Shown here in pieces: positions 1 through 9,771 of a stretch of 64,000 nt of DNA. The stretch spans positions 1,624,663 through 1,688,662 of the forward strand of contig OZ246975.1 in assembly GCA_965232485.1 (NCBI GenBank), in the 5' to 3' direction. A model generated the notes under the pieces. That model had not been told where the DNA came from and made no database searches. It saw only the letters and a list, made by a program, of their open reading frames with translations. How positions within the stretch are numbered: position 1 is the stretch's first letter; each line of letters starts with the position of its first letter. The translations under genes were made by a program, and so were the position numbers. Origin of the DNA: Rhodothermales bacterium. Lineage in GTDB: Bacteria > Bacteroidota > Rhodothermia > Rhodothermales > VXPQ01.

Positions 1-245
1 GACAACTCCCCGATCTTCGCGTGGAGCGCCTCGATCTTCCTGTCGCGTTCGTCGGGAACGTTACGGCTTCGGACGAACGCCTCCTCGGCGCGCTCTGTGA
101 GCTGCTTCTTTCAGGACTGTATCTGGTTCGGGTGCACCTCGAAGCGTTCGGCGAGTTCCGCCAGCGTGCTCTCGCCGCGCACGGCGGCGAGGGCTACCTT
201 CGCCTTGAACGAAGGACTATGGGTTCTGCGTGTGCGTCTCGACAT
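1..245 (-). pseudogene. IS3-family transposase OrfA (HTH) with in-frame nonsense codon, runs off window edge
   Basis: Manual translation from ATG at 245: [56 protein letters not shown]...IEALHAKIGEL. This is the typical IS3 OrfA motif (FKAKVAL...HPNQI.xWKKQ), with TGA at 113-111 replacing the conserved Trp. Confidence 0.85.
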
Positions 246-310
246 GGGTCTTGTCTGGTTGATTGCGTCGGAACAAGATCGCAACGCTACACCTTAAATT
301 CCCGCGAAAT

Positions 311-338
311 CTGTCCAATCAACCCGAACCACCTTTGG
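311..338 (-). mobile_element. probable left inverted repeat of the IS3 element
   Basis: ctgtccaatcaacccgaaccacctttgg lies upstream of orfA and resembles the IS end ctgtccgaatttcccgaaccatttctca seen at 24968-24995 and, reverse-complemented, at 7904-7931. Confidence 0.55.
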
Positions 339-482
339 ATTCCAGTAATAGCGTGACACGGTACTCGGCGGCGAGCTGGTGCGTGCTCGCGTTCGTCCAG
401 TTTGATGTGTTGTAGCAGTGTGGCTATCATGCTATAGTCCTGAAACAACATCGTTGTTCGTCCGGTTGGGTTCTGGCTTTCA

Positions 483-2240
483 TCACGCCACCCTGAAGCC
501 CCACTCCACCCAGGTCTTTGAGTGCTTGTCGTAGTGGGCCTTCGGTAGCCCGACGACAAGCAGGTGGCGAGCTCGCGTCATCGCCACATACGCCAGCCGT
601 CGATCTTCCCTGTTGTCGCCGTGCTGTACCGCCGCCACCACGGAGTTCCAAAATTTTGTACTGCCGATGACCAGCACCGCGTCGATGCTCTCGCCCTTCA
701 CCTGATGAATCGTGTCGTACCGCACTTCCGGAAACTCATGGACCGATTCGAAGAGCGGCAGAGCCTTCTGAACCGCAGAGAGTCCGGTTGCCTTAATGTG
801 GTGTCCGAGCCTCACATCACATTGCAAGCCGATCTCCTCGATCAATCTCGCCAACTGTGTTCGCATGGAAGGAATCCATGTGTTACCAAGCTGAGATACC
901 GGTGTTAGTCGGTCCGGGTTTTTGACGAATTTCCAGATTGCCAATGCTACAGCAATGCGCTCCGGTGACTGCGGGTCGGTATCGACACGCTCCCAGAGAG
1001 GGTCGTCACTTGTGAATTCGCGCACTATACGTTCAACGGTCTGAGATGCCCGACGGTAATCGTGTCGGGAATCACGCAGGAACGCGACCGTAGCCAAATG
1101 CTTTGCCTTGCCCTGGAGTTGGGTGTAGTTTGCTTTGCCCCGCAATGACTCCAGTTGCCCGTGCCCTCGGCAGACGACGGCAGCAGAGTTGATGCTCACT
1201 CCGGCCAGGTCTGCCAGACGTTGGAACGCCTCTAGGCCATCAGAGAATGTCGTCGAGGTTTCTTTGACCACAAACGCTTGGCGCCATTCACATGCTCCAT
1301 CACCAGCTCCGGTGAAGTGTGCGTTCCCGCCCACCTTACGGACAGCCGCAGCGATCTGGTTGTTGCAACGAAACGACTGACTCAGGGGTTTCTCTGGAAT
1401 TGACCACTTAGTCTTCAGATTGAGCAAGGAAGTCGCATCCGCCATACTGAACTCGTAGATGCACTGGTCCGGGTCACCGACGAGCGTGACCTGAGTGCCC
1501 TTCTCCCGTAGAAAGTTCAAGAGGACGAGCAACCATGCATTCGAATCCTGTGCTTCATCAACGATGATCTCGGGGAACCGTTTGGCGAGAAGTTCGGCGA
1601 TGTGAGGTCTCTTGAACAGAAGCTTGCAGGCCCAGAAGACGCGCTGGGCATGTGTATAGAAACCCAGCGATAGCAGTTTGTGGACAGCAGCACCAGCAGC
1701 GGCGAGAGGCAGGTCCTCTGAGGCGAGTGATGCCTTGAAGCAGGGCTTGGTACCCTCCAGATAGGGTATGACGTCCCATGCCCGAACGGGAATCTTCTGG
1801 CCGCCCCTGCCATCCCTCCACACCTTCAGTTTCGTATTTTTCCAGTCACCCGGACGTGGGCCTGGAAATAACTTTGGCCGCTTGTCTGCGCCGGTGAGAA
1901 GATGGCCAAACGGTGTGAGAATGTAACGTTCTACGAACGCGTCAAACGTACCGACGTAGTTCGGGTCGGCGAGGAGGTCTCGTCGTCCTACGTTGATCGT
2001 GGCGGTCTTGAACTCGCGGATGGCAGAGTTTGTGAACGAAAGGAGGGCCAATCCACCGACAGGACGAGGCCAGTTGGCCGCTCTCCAGATAAAGCGTCGG
2101 CATGATGTCCAGGTCTTTCCGCTTCCGGGAGCTGCGCGCAAGAGGAACTCCAGTTCCTCGGCGAAGATTGCATCCTTTTGCTGGTCTGTCGGGTTTTGCG
2201 CGAGGATCGCTTCCCGGAGCTGATCAGTCAAGGTTGTCAT
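483..2240 (-). CDS. gajB: UvrD/PcrA-like SF1 helicase, GajB-like (Gabija)
   Basis: Motifs AAPGSGKT, DEAQD, VGDPDQCIYEF, TIHQVKGES, YVAMTRAR. Start moved to ATG 2240 (MTTLTDQL, RBS GAGGAGG), overlapping the stop of the upstream OLD nuclease. Confidence 0.8.
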   Translation of the reverse strand: MTTLTDQLREAILAQNPTDQQKDAIFAEELEFLLRAAPGSGKTWTSCRRFIWRAANWPRPVGGLALLSFTNSAIREFKTATINVGRRDLLADPNYVGTFDAFVERYILTPFGHLLTGADKRPKLFPGPRPGDWKNTKLKVWRDGRGGQKIPVRAWDVIPYLEGTKPCFKASLASEDLPLAAAGAAVHKLLSLGFYTHAQRVFWACKLLFKRPHIAELLAKRFPEIIVDEAQDSNAWLLVLLNFLREKGTQVTLVGDPDQCIYEFSMADATSLLNLKTKWSIPEKPLSQSFRCNNQIAAAVRKVGGNAHFTGAGDGACEWRQAFVVKETSTTFSDGLEAFQRLADLAGVSINSAAVVCRGHGQLESLRGKANYTQLQGKAKHLATVAFLRDSRHDYRRASQTVERIVREFTSDDPLWERVDTDPQSPERIAVALAIWKFVKNPDRLTPVSQLGNTWIPSMRTQLARLIEEIGLQCDVRLGHHIKATGLSAVQKALPLFESVHEFPEVRYDTIHQVKGESIDAVLVIGSTKFWNSVVAAVQHGDNREDRRLAYVAMTRARHLLVVGLPKAHYDKHSKTWVEWGFRVA

Positions 2241-3933
2241 CTGCCTCCTCGTCGACAACTCCCATATGCCTGAGCGCGCTGCGGATGTAGGCGGGTACAG
2301 CGTCGGGCCCGAGACGACATTCCGCCAAGTTCCCGGCGAGTTCCTGCGCAAACCGGCCTTTCGACACTGACTTCTCAATGAAAACATCCAAGAACTTCGC
2401 GGCCTTTTCCTCCACGGTCGCAAGCGCCGCGAGCTCGGTTTCGAGCGTTGCTCCAATCTTGGGATGCAGCACCTTGAGCGCAGACACCATGTGCGGAAGC
2501 AGCGTCTCCGATCGGGCAAGTTCGTGCTCAAAGGTTATCTCCGACATCTCGACATTCAGATTCGGAATTCCGGCTACCTGCTCTTTCAAGCCTGTCGCAG
2601 TCGCCGACATCTCTCCACCGATCTCATTCGCATCGCCGTCTGTAAGAATGACAACCGGCACACCAATCCGATCCAATCCAAACAACGGAATGAACGCGTT
2701 GAAATTGATCCCATCCGCGTTCAGAACGGTCACGGACGACTTTTTCAGGTTGCCACCTGCCATCTTCGCCAGCACCGGGAGCAGGAGCGCCTCCGCGATC
2801 CCCTCCACCATCAAGATGCGTCGGGCGAAAAACAGCTCCCCGCTGGTCGCATCGAGATACCGCTCGAGCTTCTTCTTGATCTTATCGTCAATCGTGATGG
2901 AGCAGACCGAGACTGTGCTGACCTTGCCATCAACTTCATGAACGGATACGATCGAGTCGATCGGTGCCTGACTCGCCAGGATAGGGGAGTGGCTGCTCGC
3001 GATGACCTGCACTTCATTGCCTTCGTGATCGCTGGCGACAACAGCCAAATGCCTAAGAAGGAGCATTTGTAACTGTGGGTGCAGGTGCGCTTCGGGTTCC
3101 TCGACCAGGATTGAACGGAATGAGAACTGTGGGCTTCGCCGGAGCGTGCCCAAAGTCGCGGATATGAAGACCAAGTTGTTGTAGCCGAGCCCATTGAGGG
3201 CAAACGGTAATCCGTCAATCTCAGGCTGGAGCCCTGCTATGATGCGACGGAAAGTCGGGTCGGTGAAGATCAGTTCCGTCTTCTGGGTCAGTTCACTCCC
3301 TGCGATGGCTTCCATCTGGGTATTGATGTCGCCCCTTGCCTCTTTGACTGGCTTCAGAACTCGGATATCCTCATTAGCATTCTTGGCGATGGTTTCAAAG
3401 GCTGCGCGCTGATCTTCCTCAGTCAGGCAGTCGAGGAGGCGGGACACCTGGGAATGCAGGCCAGGCCGCAGGCCGCGCTCGGGATCACGCAGCGGCTGCA
3501 AGTAGATCGTCGAAAGCTGGTCGTAGTGGTTCGACGGAAGTGAGCCGCCTTCCGTCTCGCCACCCCACATCTTGAAGTTGCAACGATTCGTGGTCTCGTT
3601 GAATTCAATGCGGGCATTGGCCTGCATTTCGAATTTACCATCACCGATATCGACGAGGCACTCTTGAAAGTGGACTTCGTCCTCATCCTCAAGTCCGGTG
3701 AATCTGCAGGAAATTTCGATCGGTGCGTGTTCGGTTCCGGTTCGGAAGTCATCCTCTGTAAGTCGGAGGGAATCAAAATCACGGCCTGAGAACAACATGA
3801 GGCGCAGCGCATCGATGATCGTCGTCTTGCCTGAGTTATTCTCTCCAACCAACACCGTCAGACCGCGCGGAAAGCTTACTGTGAGCGCGTCAATTTTTCG
3901 GAAGTTGCGGATCTGTAGTTCACGGAGCCACAT
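2224..3933 (-). CDS. gajA: OLD-family ATP-dependent endonuclease (ABC ATPase + TOPRIM), GajA-like (Gabija)
   Basis: IRNFRKI, Walker A GENNSGKT, LGYNN, Walker B EEPEAHLHP, TOPRIM VEGIAE...DGD, SKGRFAQ. GGAGGT RBS 7 nt before ATG 3933. Confidence 0.85.
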   Translation of the reverse strand: MWLRELQIRNFRKIDALTVSFPRGLTVLVGENNSGKTTIIDALRLMLFSGRDFDSLRLTEDDFRTGTEHAPIEISCRFTGLEDEDEVHFQECLVDIGDGKFEMQANARIEFNETTNRCNFKMWGGETEGGSLPSNHYDQLSTIYLQPLRDPERGLRPGLHSQVSRLLDCLTEEDQRAAFETIAKNANEDIRVLKPVKEARGDINTQMEAIAGSELTQKTELIFTDPTFRRIIAGLQPEIDGLPFALNGLGYNNLVFISATLGTLRRSPQFSFRSILVEEPEAHLHPQLQMLLLRHLAVVASDHEGNEVQVIASSHSPILASQAPIDSIVSVHEVDGKVSTVSVCSITIDDKIKKKLERYLDATSGELFFARRILMVEGIAEALLLPVLAKMAGGNLKKSSVTVLNADGINFNAFIPLFGLDRIGVPVVILTDGDANEIGGEMSATATGLKEQVAGIPNLNVEMSEITFEHELARSETLLPHMVSALKVLHPKIGATLETELAALATVEEKAAKFLDVFIEKSVSKGRFAQELAGNLAECRLGPDAVPAYIRSALRHMGVVDEEADDNLD

Positions 3934-4517
3934 CTGCATGACCTCCGTTTCTGCTGCAGCTACTCATGTCGTGACCCCCTTGGCGTTGTTCGAGCAGCGC
4001 CGTCACGCGGCGGTTGCCCGTAAGCAGGTCTTGCATGAGGCCGCGCTTCAATAGGAATATCTTCTTCAAGGAACGAGCCTGCACCTTGATTTCACCGTAC
4101 ATTGCATCGACTTGCTCCCGAATAGCACCCTCCTCCGCTAGAGATGGCCGAGGAACAACTACGGTTCTGAGATCCTTCAGATTCACCACTTGCTGCGCAG
4201 AACCAAGAGTTGATCCAAAGACCTGCCGCTTGCCCGGGATTGACATCAGATAGAACATGACGAAGCGAGGGTCATGGACGCTTGAAAGACGTACCAACGC
4301 TGCGTAGCGAGCGATGTTCGCACCCGCCAGTGAGGTAGAACGACGGCAACCTCTCCGGGATACCCAACCAGTGACATCACCAGTTCGCCACCCTCGAGAA
4401 CTGTTCGCTTGTACGTTGCGGAAATAGTCTTCGATATTGTCCGAAGCTGCTCCATGCGAACTATCCCATCATAGATATCATCGCCTCGGACAAAGGGAAC
4501 GCCATTTTCGCCCGGTT
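3920..4517 (-). pseudogene. hsdS: type I restriction-modification specificity subunit HsdS, C-terminal half, frameshifted near 4335
   Basis: GVPFVRGDDI...YKRTVLEGGELVMSLVGYPGEVAVV in one frame continues as ...GSAQQVVNLKDLRTVVVPRPSLAEE...KRGLMQDLLTGNRRV in another. LMQDLLTG is the HsdS C-terminal signature. The N-terminal half is missing. Confidence 0.75.
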
Positions 4518-4626
4518 GGCCCGGCTCCTCGCCAGCGGCAAAGGAGAAGCACTCGTCGGCCCAACCGGTTATGCCCCCGGTCATCTCCTTGACCGGGCGC
4601 CCCAGACGAGCCAGACGGAGTGCCGC
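4518..4626 (-). repeat. duplicated 3' fragment of the rhodanese gene (copy of 9890-9998)
   Basis: Ungapped ~109-bp alignment; encodes AALRLARLGRPVKEMTGGITGWADECFSFAAGEEPG versus AALRLARLERPVKEMTGGITGWADEGFSFTAGEEPG. Confidence 0.9.
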
Positions 4627-4662
4627 CTGAGCACAGGACATCCTCCACCATGTCCAAACCCT

Positions 4663-5457
4663 TCAACTGCCCCGGAAACGTTCCAGCAATTCGTACCGTC
4701 TCCGTTGCAGAATGTGCGTAATGAGCCGAATCCAGCGAGCGCGAAAGAGAAGACCCACCAGGCCCAGCGCGGCCATCGCTGGAAAGATTATCCCTCGGGT
4801 TTGCGAAAAGAAACCCACAGAAGCGATGAGCGCCATGCTCAATACAACCAATAGCCAGGAAACAGGCACGATCCACCTATACGGAACCGCCCCTTTGGCA
4901 ACAGGGGCGACGCGATGCGGATCGCCATACCCCACATTGCGAAACTTGAGGTTCAGGTTCATACGTACTGCCGGCTGAAGAGCAATGGCGACAAACGCCA
5001 GCAGATAATTGACCACGCCCAAAACATACAAGAACGAAGCGCCGATCATAAACAGGTCGCCCCAATCTCCCCGAACAAGCATGGATACAATCGTCAAGAC
5101 GCCGAAAAACAGCAAGGCGAGTATGTGCAGCGTGGATACGATAAGATTGGCGACGCCGTTTTCCGATACGGGCCTTGCCAGTAGCCCGTCATAGAATGTG
5201 CTCCTCCAGGAAAGCAACGCGAAAAACAATGGAAACGTCATCATAAAATACATCAAAAACCACCCGTCGGAAGGATTGTGCAATGCAGATCCCAATGCGA
5301 CGGGCCACGCGAAACAACCGTAAAATATCAGGAGCATCCGGGGACGGCGGTTCCTCAGGAAGAGTTTCCACTCCACGGAAAGAAGCGCCCGCCGCAATCC
5401 CCGAGCGGCTTGCGGGCGCGAAGCGCGTGGATTCTTTTGCACAAGCAATAAAGCCAT
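4663..5457 (-). CDS. DUF5687-like ABC-associated membrane protein (C-terminal-half paralog)
   Basis: EWKLFLRNRRPR and STFYDGLLARPV motifs are shared with 6316..7800; multiple TM helices; downstream of the ABC ATPase. Confidence 0.65.
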   Translation of the reverse strand: MALLLVQKNPRASRPQAARGLRRALLSVEWKLFLRNRRPRMLLIFYGCFAWPVALGSALHNPSDGWFLMYFMMTFPLFFALLSWRSTFYDGLLARPVSENGVANLIVSTLHILALLFFGVLTIVSMLVRGDWGDLFMIGASFLYVLGVVNYLLAFVAIALQPAVRMNLNLKFRNVGYGDPHRVAPVAKGAVPYRWIVPVSWLLVVLSMALIASVGFFSQTRGIIFPAMAALGLVGLLFRARWIRLITHILQRRRYELLERFRGS

Positions 5458-5502
5458 AGCCGAGTCCTCGCAAAGAATAACAGGCGGGCTGATCGCAGTA
5501 CC

Positions 5503-6213
5503 TTACACAGCCGCCGGCCGGACAAAAAACCGCTCCAGTTCCTTCAGGGTCTCGTCCGAAATCAGTTCGTCCCGCTCGATGCGCCCCTGATGCAGCAGCA
5601 GAATGCGCTCGCAGGCGTCCGTAACATGCCCCAGATCGTGGCTGGAAACCAGAATCGTCGCGTTCGTCTCCTTCGACATATCGGCCAGAATCTGCTGCAA
5701 GGCGTACTGCGACGTCGGGTCCAGGTTGGCGAACGGTTCGTCCAGCACGAGCACGGAGGGCTTCACCAGCAGCGCCGCCAGAAGCCCCACTTTCTTTCTG
5801 TTGCCCGCCGAAAGATCGCGGATCAACTTGCCCGTGCCCAGCACCTCCTCCGTGAAGAGGTTCGCGTACCGGCGCTCCCCCTGCTCAATCTCCTCCAGAG
5901 ACATACCGTACGCCTTCCCGACGAAACTGAAATACTCCTCTGGATTCAGAAAATCGATCAGGAAGCCTTCGTCGAGGTACGAGCCGGTGTGCGACTTCCA
6001 GTCGGTGGTCTTGTCCACCCGCTCGCCGCCGAGCAGCACATGCCCCTTCGTAGCCTGCACAAGGTCCAGCACGAGGCGGAGCATGGTGGTCTTGCCCGCT
6101 CCGTTGTTCCCCACAAGGCCCACCACCTGGCCAGTAGGTATCTCCAGATGCGGTACGTCTACAGCCACAAGATCGCCGTATTTCTTGATAATATCTTTCA
6201 GAATAATCTGCAT
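5503..6213 (-). CDS. ABC transporter ATP-binding protein
   Basis: GNNGAGKT, LSAGNRKK, LDEP, SSHDL. Start at MQIILKD (6213). Confidence 0.9.
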   Translation of the reverse strand: MQIILKDIIKKYGDLVAVDVPHLEIPTGQVVGLVGNNGAGKTTMLRLVLDLVQATKGHVLLGGERVDKTTDWKSHTGSYLDEGFLIDFLNPEEYFSFVGKAYGMSLEEIEQGERRYANLFTEEVLGTGKLIRDLSAGNRKKVGLLAALLVKPSVLVLDEPFANLDPTSQYALQQILADMSKETNATILVSSHDLGHVTDACERILLLHQGRIERDELISDETLKELERFFVRPAAV

Positions 6214-6315
6214 GAGCGCGGCGAAAAAAGAAAGAGTACAGAACGTTCCAGTTGGGAGAGAGCAACCAAACGTGAAATCCGCCGCCAGGTTTCCCCTCGC
6301 CAAGATACATCCCCC

Positions 6316-7800
6316 TCACCGCTTCCGGAACTCCTCCATCACGAGATAGCGTTTCTCTTCCAGCCTTTTTACGGCGCCGTCGAGCCACTTGCGACGCCAA
6401 AGAATTCCCACCAACCCCAACACTACGATAGCCACGCCGCCCAAATACCTCCCCGGCAGAAGCAATACGAGCAACATGGGCGTCAAGATAGCCGGTAAAG
6501 ACCATACAGCCGAAACCCACCAATTCTTATTCCACTGAGCGGCGACGACGCCAAAAACCTGGCCGTTCAGTTCAAGTCGCTTGGCCTCCAGAACCCATGA
6601 ATAGGGAATGATATATTTCAACCCTAAACTATACAAAAACACGCATCCGATAAAAAACAGCACCCAGAATTTCTGTAAAATAACAAAAATAACCGCCAAA
6701 AGACCAAAGGCCCCCAATAAGGCTATATCGGCAATATAAAAACTGACCTTCATTATTGAATGGGTGGATACAGGCCGCGATATCAAACCATCATAGAATG
6801 TGCTTCGAAAATTAAAGGTGACCATGAGAAACTGCAAACAGCCTACCATGGGCATCATCGAGCCCAGGGCCATCTCCAACTTGGACGCCACATCTGAAGA
6901 GCCAGGGCTAACAATAAACCAGCCGCCGAATAATACAAAATAGGCGCTCAGGAATATCATCGTCCTCGGACGCTTGTTCCGCCAGATCAATTTCCACTCG
7001 AAAGCCAGCATCCCGTCGGCGAACGAATGCCTCAGGTTCTTCCCGACGGCTTTTGCGCGCGGCTGAGACAATGTCCGGTTGTCTACGTACAGCGCCCGGA
7101 CAACCTGCCCGGTAGATACGTACAGCGCCGCCCCGCTCGCAACGAGCGCCGCGGCCAGCGGCCACAAAGCGCCCTCCAGCGCAGCCCCGAACCACGCCAT
7201 GGAAAGGCCAGACAACGTCGCAATATCGTACCGCCACTCCATCGCCGCCAGCGCTACGACGACAAGCAACGTGCAAACAATGGGCAGATAACGCCGCGCA
7301 AGCGACATTCGCAACATATTTACCAGAAAATGGAAGCCTGCGGACAGCGCCAGGAACAACAGCATCCAGGCCCAGCCAAAAGGAACGCCCGCCCAAAGAA
7401 AATTGCTGATCCAGAAAAATAAAATGAAGAAAAACGGCAATATATTAACAGGCCCGAAAACGCTTATCGCCTGATAAAAAAGGGCGACCTTCCTTCGCCC
7501 TATCGGGGTTGGAAGATACGGAAACAGCGGAAGGGATATCTGGGGTCGCAACAAAACATCCAGGGCGCTCCATATAATAAGAAAATACAAGGCGAACCGG
7601 CTGGCGAGCGCAGGCGCGTCCACGGCGACGAATGCCTCCTCGAATAGCAAACCGCTGAACAACCCTCCCGCCATCGCATACAGATACATCGGCAGCCATA
7701 CGAAAAGGATCATCAGAACCTTTACCGTCAGTTTCATCTCCCCGAAACGGGACCGGCGAACACTCTTCAGGTAATTCGAGGCGAGAGAACGGATCAGCAT
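6316..7800 (-). CDS. DUF5687-like multi-TM ABC permease
   Basis: 494 aa, many TM segments, PYLPTPIGRRK and EWKLIWRNKRPR motifs; adjacent to the ABC ATPase. Confidence 0.75.
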   Translation of the reverse strand: MLIRSLASNYLKSVRRSRFGEMKLTVKVLMILFVWLPMYLYAMAGGLFSGLLFEEAFVAVDAPALASRFALYFLIIWSALDVLLRPQISLPLFPYLPTPIGRRKVALFYQAISVFGPVNILPFFFILFFWISNFLWAGVPFGWAWMLLFLALSAGFHFLVNMLRMSLARRYLPIVCTLLVVVALAAMEWRYDIATLSGLSMAWFGAALEGALWPLAAALVASGAALYVSTGQVVRALYVDNRTLSQPRAKAVGKNLRHSFADGMLAFEWKLIWRNKRPRTMIFLSAYFVLFGGWFIVSPGSSDVASKLEMALGSMMPMVGCLQFLMVTFNFRSTFYDGLISRPVSTHSIMKVSFYIADIALLGAFGLLAVIFVILQKFWVLFFIGCVFLYSLGLKYIIPYSWVLEAKRLELNGQVFGVVAAQWNKNWWVSAVWSLPAILTPMLLVLLLPGRYLGGVAIVVLGLVGILWRRKWLDGAVKRLEEKRYLVMEEFRKR

Positions 7801-7903
7801 GGGACAAACAGGTTGGTACTTCGCGCGGCAGCAGAGATTCGAGGAAACCGGGACCTCACTCCTGCCGCGGGTTTACAAATCGGCGCCCCTTGATTTCTTG
7901 ATC

Positions 7904-8127
7904 TGAGAAATGGTTCGGGAAATTCGGACAGTTAGTCCGGGTCGTTTCAGGTGCAGGGCTGCGGTGGGTTACGCCGCCTTGGTCAGCGGCTTTCGCCTGT
8001 AGTATACGTCGTCGGGGGTTCTATTGTCAAGTCCCTGGCGGGGTCGCTCTTCGTTGAAGTAGCGCAGGTAGTCGGCGACGCTCGTTCTCCCTCGCGAACT
8101 ATCGCCGTTCTCGAATTGCCCGAATGT
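7904..8127 (-). mobile_element. IS3-family remnant: OrfB C-terminus plus right inverted repeat
   Basis: Minus frame reads SVADYLRYFNEERPRQGLDNRTPDDVYYRRKPLTKAA* (stop 7971-7969), the end of the integrase core. It is followed by a terminus ending ...TCTCA at 7904 and is cut off at the MITE at 8128. Confidence 0.8.
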
Positions 8128-8395
8128 CTATAGGAAGCTCTGATTAAGTCCGCAAAGATTCAGAGGCTGACAGGCGTGCGCTGGCAAGGAATGACGAAGA
8201 AGGTAGTGTGGCGGCTCCGCGTAATGAGGAATGACACAGCCAGCGCCCGCCTGTCAGCCTCCCGAAGGGCGCTTCACGACCGCAACAACCCGAATCCGCC
8301 GTGTTTTTCGCTGATTTCAATAACGCCATCATGTCGTTTTTTACGCGTGAAAGTGAAGCGCTGATCAAAGTGGAGTTAATCAGAGCTTCCTATAG
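8128..8395. mobile_element. MITE-like element, full-length copy (268 bp, 20-bp perfect terminal inverted repeats)
   Basis: ctataggaagctctgattaa (8128-8147) and ttaatcagagcttcctatag (8376-8395); internal stem gaggctgacaggcg...cgcctgtcagcctc; no ORF of note. Confidence 0.85.
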
Positions 8396-9771
8396 GTCCC
8401 AAGGCGAAGCGCTACCAAGCCTGAGATAATGCCAGACAGGCCTTCATAAATGTGTTGCTCCCAACCCAGCCATCGCCACAACAGCGCTACAGAAAGCCCA
8501 ATCACAATAGCTGACAGACTCAAGCGCAATGAAGGCTTCCAGTCCAGGCAGAGTGCGATCAGTAGCGGAGCAAACGCGCTTGCCAGGGCCGACCAGGCCA
8601 TGAGGACCAGGCTGAACACACTCTGGCTGTTGATCATTGCGAGGCCCAGCGCCACCGCCGTGATGACGATAGTCGTTCCCTTGATGAGCAGCGTACGCTC
8701 TATCCGACGGGGCAGCAGGTCGTGCGTTATCGCGGCCGAACAACTCAGTATCAGTGAATCCGCCGTGGACATGGTGGCGGCAAAGATACCGGCCAGAATC
8801 AGCCCCACCAGAGCCGGGTTTAACAGATCCACGGCCATGGTTGGCAGCGCCAATTCAGCATCGAAAGCAGGGACGTTACTCAGGTAAATACGTGAGAGGA
8901 GCCCCACGCCGGTGGCCAGAAAGTGGAAGGCGGTGAACCACAGGTAGTACCAGATTCTCGCCCGGCGCATGTGTTCGGAACTGTCCAGAGTCATAAAACG
9001 GACCATCACATGAGGCTGGCCGATCACCGACAGGCCGGCGAACATCCAGCCCAGGATGAATAGCGCCATCCCCGCCACCCCGGGTAACAGCAGGTCGTCG
9101 GGAAACCAGTCGGTGTAAGCCGGAATACTGCCCATGGCGGAGAGCGCTGCATTGAAACCGCCTAAAGATTCGGTTGCCACGAAAAACAGTACGCCCATGG
9201 CGACGATCATGACGGTGGATTGAGCCGCGTCTGTCCAGATGGATGCGCGAATACCCCCGGCAAAGCAGTAAACGGTGATCAGCACGGCCCCCAATATGGC
9301 GCCGGTAGACTGTGGCCAACCGAAGAACACATGCAGCGCCTTGGAGCCTGCGACCAGTTGCGCGCTGGCGTAAGCCAACAGGAACAGCAGCGATACCGCA
9401 CCGATGACACGTTGCAGCCGGTCGTGTGGCGCCCCATACCAGTTGGCCAATACACCGGCATAACTCACCTCGCCGGTGCGCGCCGTGGCCGCCCGCAGCC
9501 TGCTGTGGACAAAGAGAGAGCTCAGGAAGTCCCCCGCGATCCAACCGAACATCAACCAGAGTGCGGGGAAGCCAGTGGCATAGGTGTAGCCGATGACACC
9601 GATGAACATGAAGCCACTGTTGTTGGTCGCCACGGCGGAGAGCCCCACCAGCCATGGCTTTACGCTGCTGCCAGCGAGGTAGTAGTCATGCCGGGTGCCG
9701 CGGCTGAGCCACGCGGAAGACACCCCGATGAGGGTGAAACACAGCAGGAAGCCGACAAAAGAAGCGATCAT
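8380..9771 (-). CDS. sodium:solute (proline) symporter, PutP/SSS family
   Basis: DYYLAG, LSAVATNNSG, WTDAAQS, GQPHVMVRF, AATMSTADS; about 13 TM. The last codons and stop come from the MITE terminal repeat. Confidence 0.9.
   Translation of the reverse strand: MIASFVGFLLCFTLIGVSSAWLSRGTRHDYYLAGSSVKPWLVGLSAVATNNSGFMFIGVIGYTYATGFPALWLMFGWIAGDFLSSLFVHSRLRAATARTGEVSYAGVLANWYGAPHDRLQRVIGAVSLLFLLAYASAQLVAGSKALHVFFGWPQSTGAILGAVLITVYCFAGGIRASIWTDAAQSTVMIVAMGVLFFVATESLGGFNAALSAMGSIPAYTDWFPDDLLLPGVAGMALFILGWMFAGLSVIGQPHVMVRFMTLDSSEHMRRARIWYYLWFTAFHFLATGVGLLSRIYLSNVPAFDAELALPTMAVDLLNPALVGLILAGIFAATMSTADSLILSCSAAITHDLLPRRIERTLLIKGTTIVITAVALGLAMINSQSVFSLVLMAWSALASAFAPLLIALCLDWKPSLRLSLSAIVIGLSVALLWRWLGWEQHIYEGLSGIISGLVALRLGTYRKL

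Noticed and set aside
111-113. In-frame TGA at a conserved Trp of IS3 OrfA suggesting genetic-code reassignment or readthrough
   Set aside because: TGA terminates many ordinary genes here (uvrB, rpmE, ftsY) and Trp is encoded by TGG throughout. A single TGG>TGA mutation in a dead IS is the simpler explanation.
2241-2531. N-terminal extension of the UvrD ORF
   Set aside because: Overlaps the OLD nuclease in another frame; an RBS and ATG at 2240 give a normal helicase start.
8144-8368. Small ORFs within the MITE (also 27792-28115)
   Set aside because: No transposase motifs; they are incidental to the repeat.
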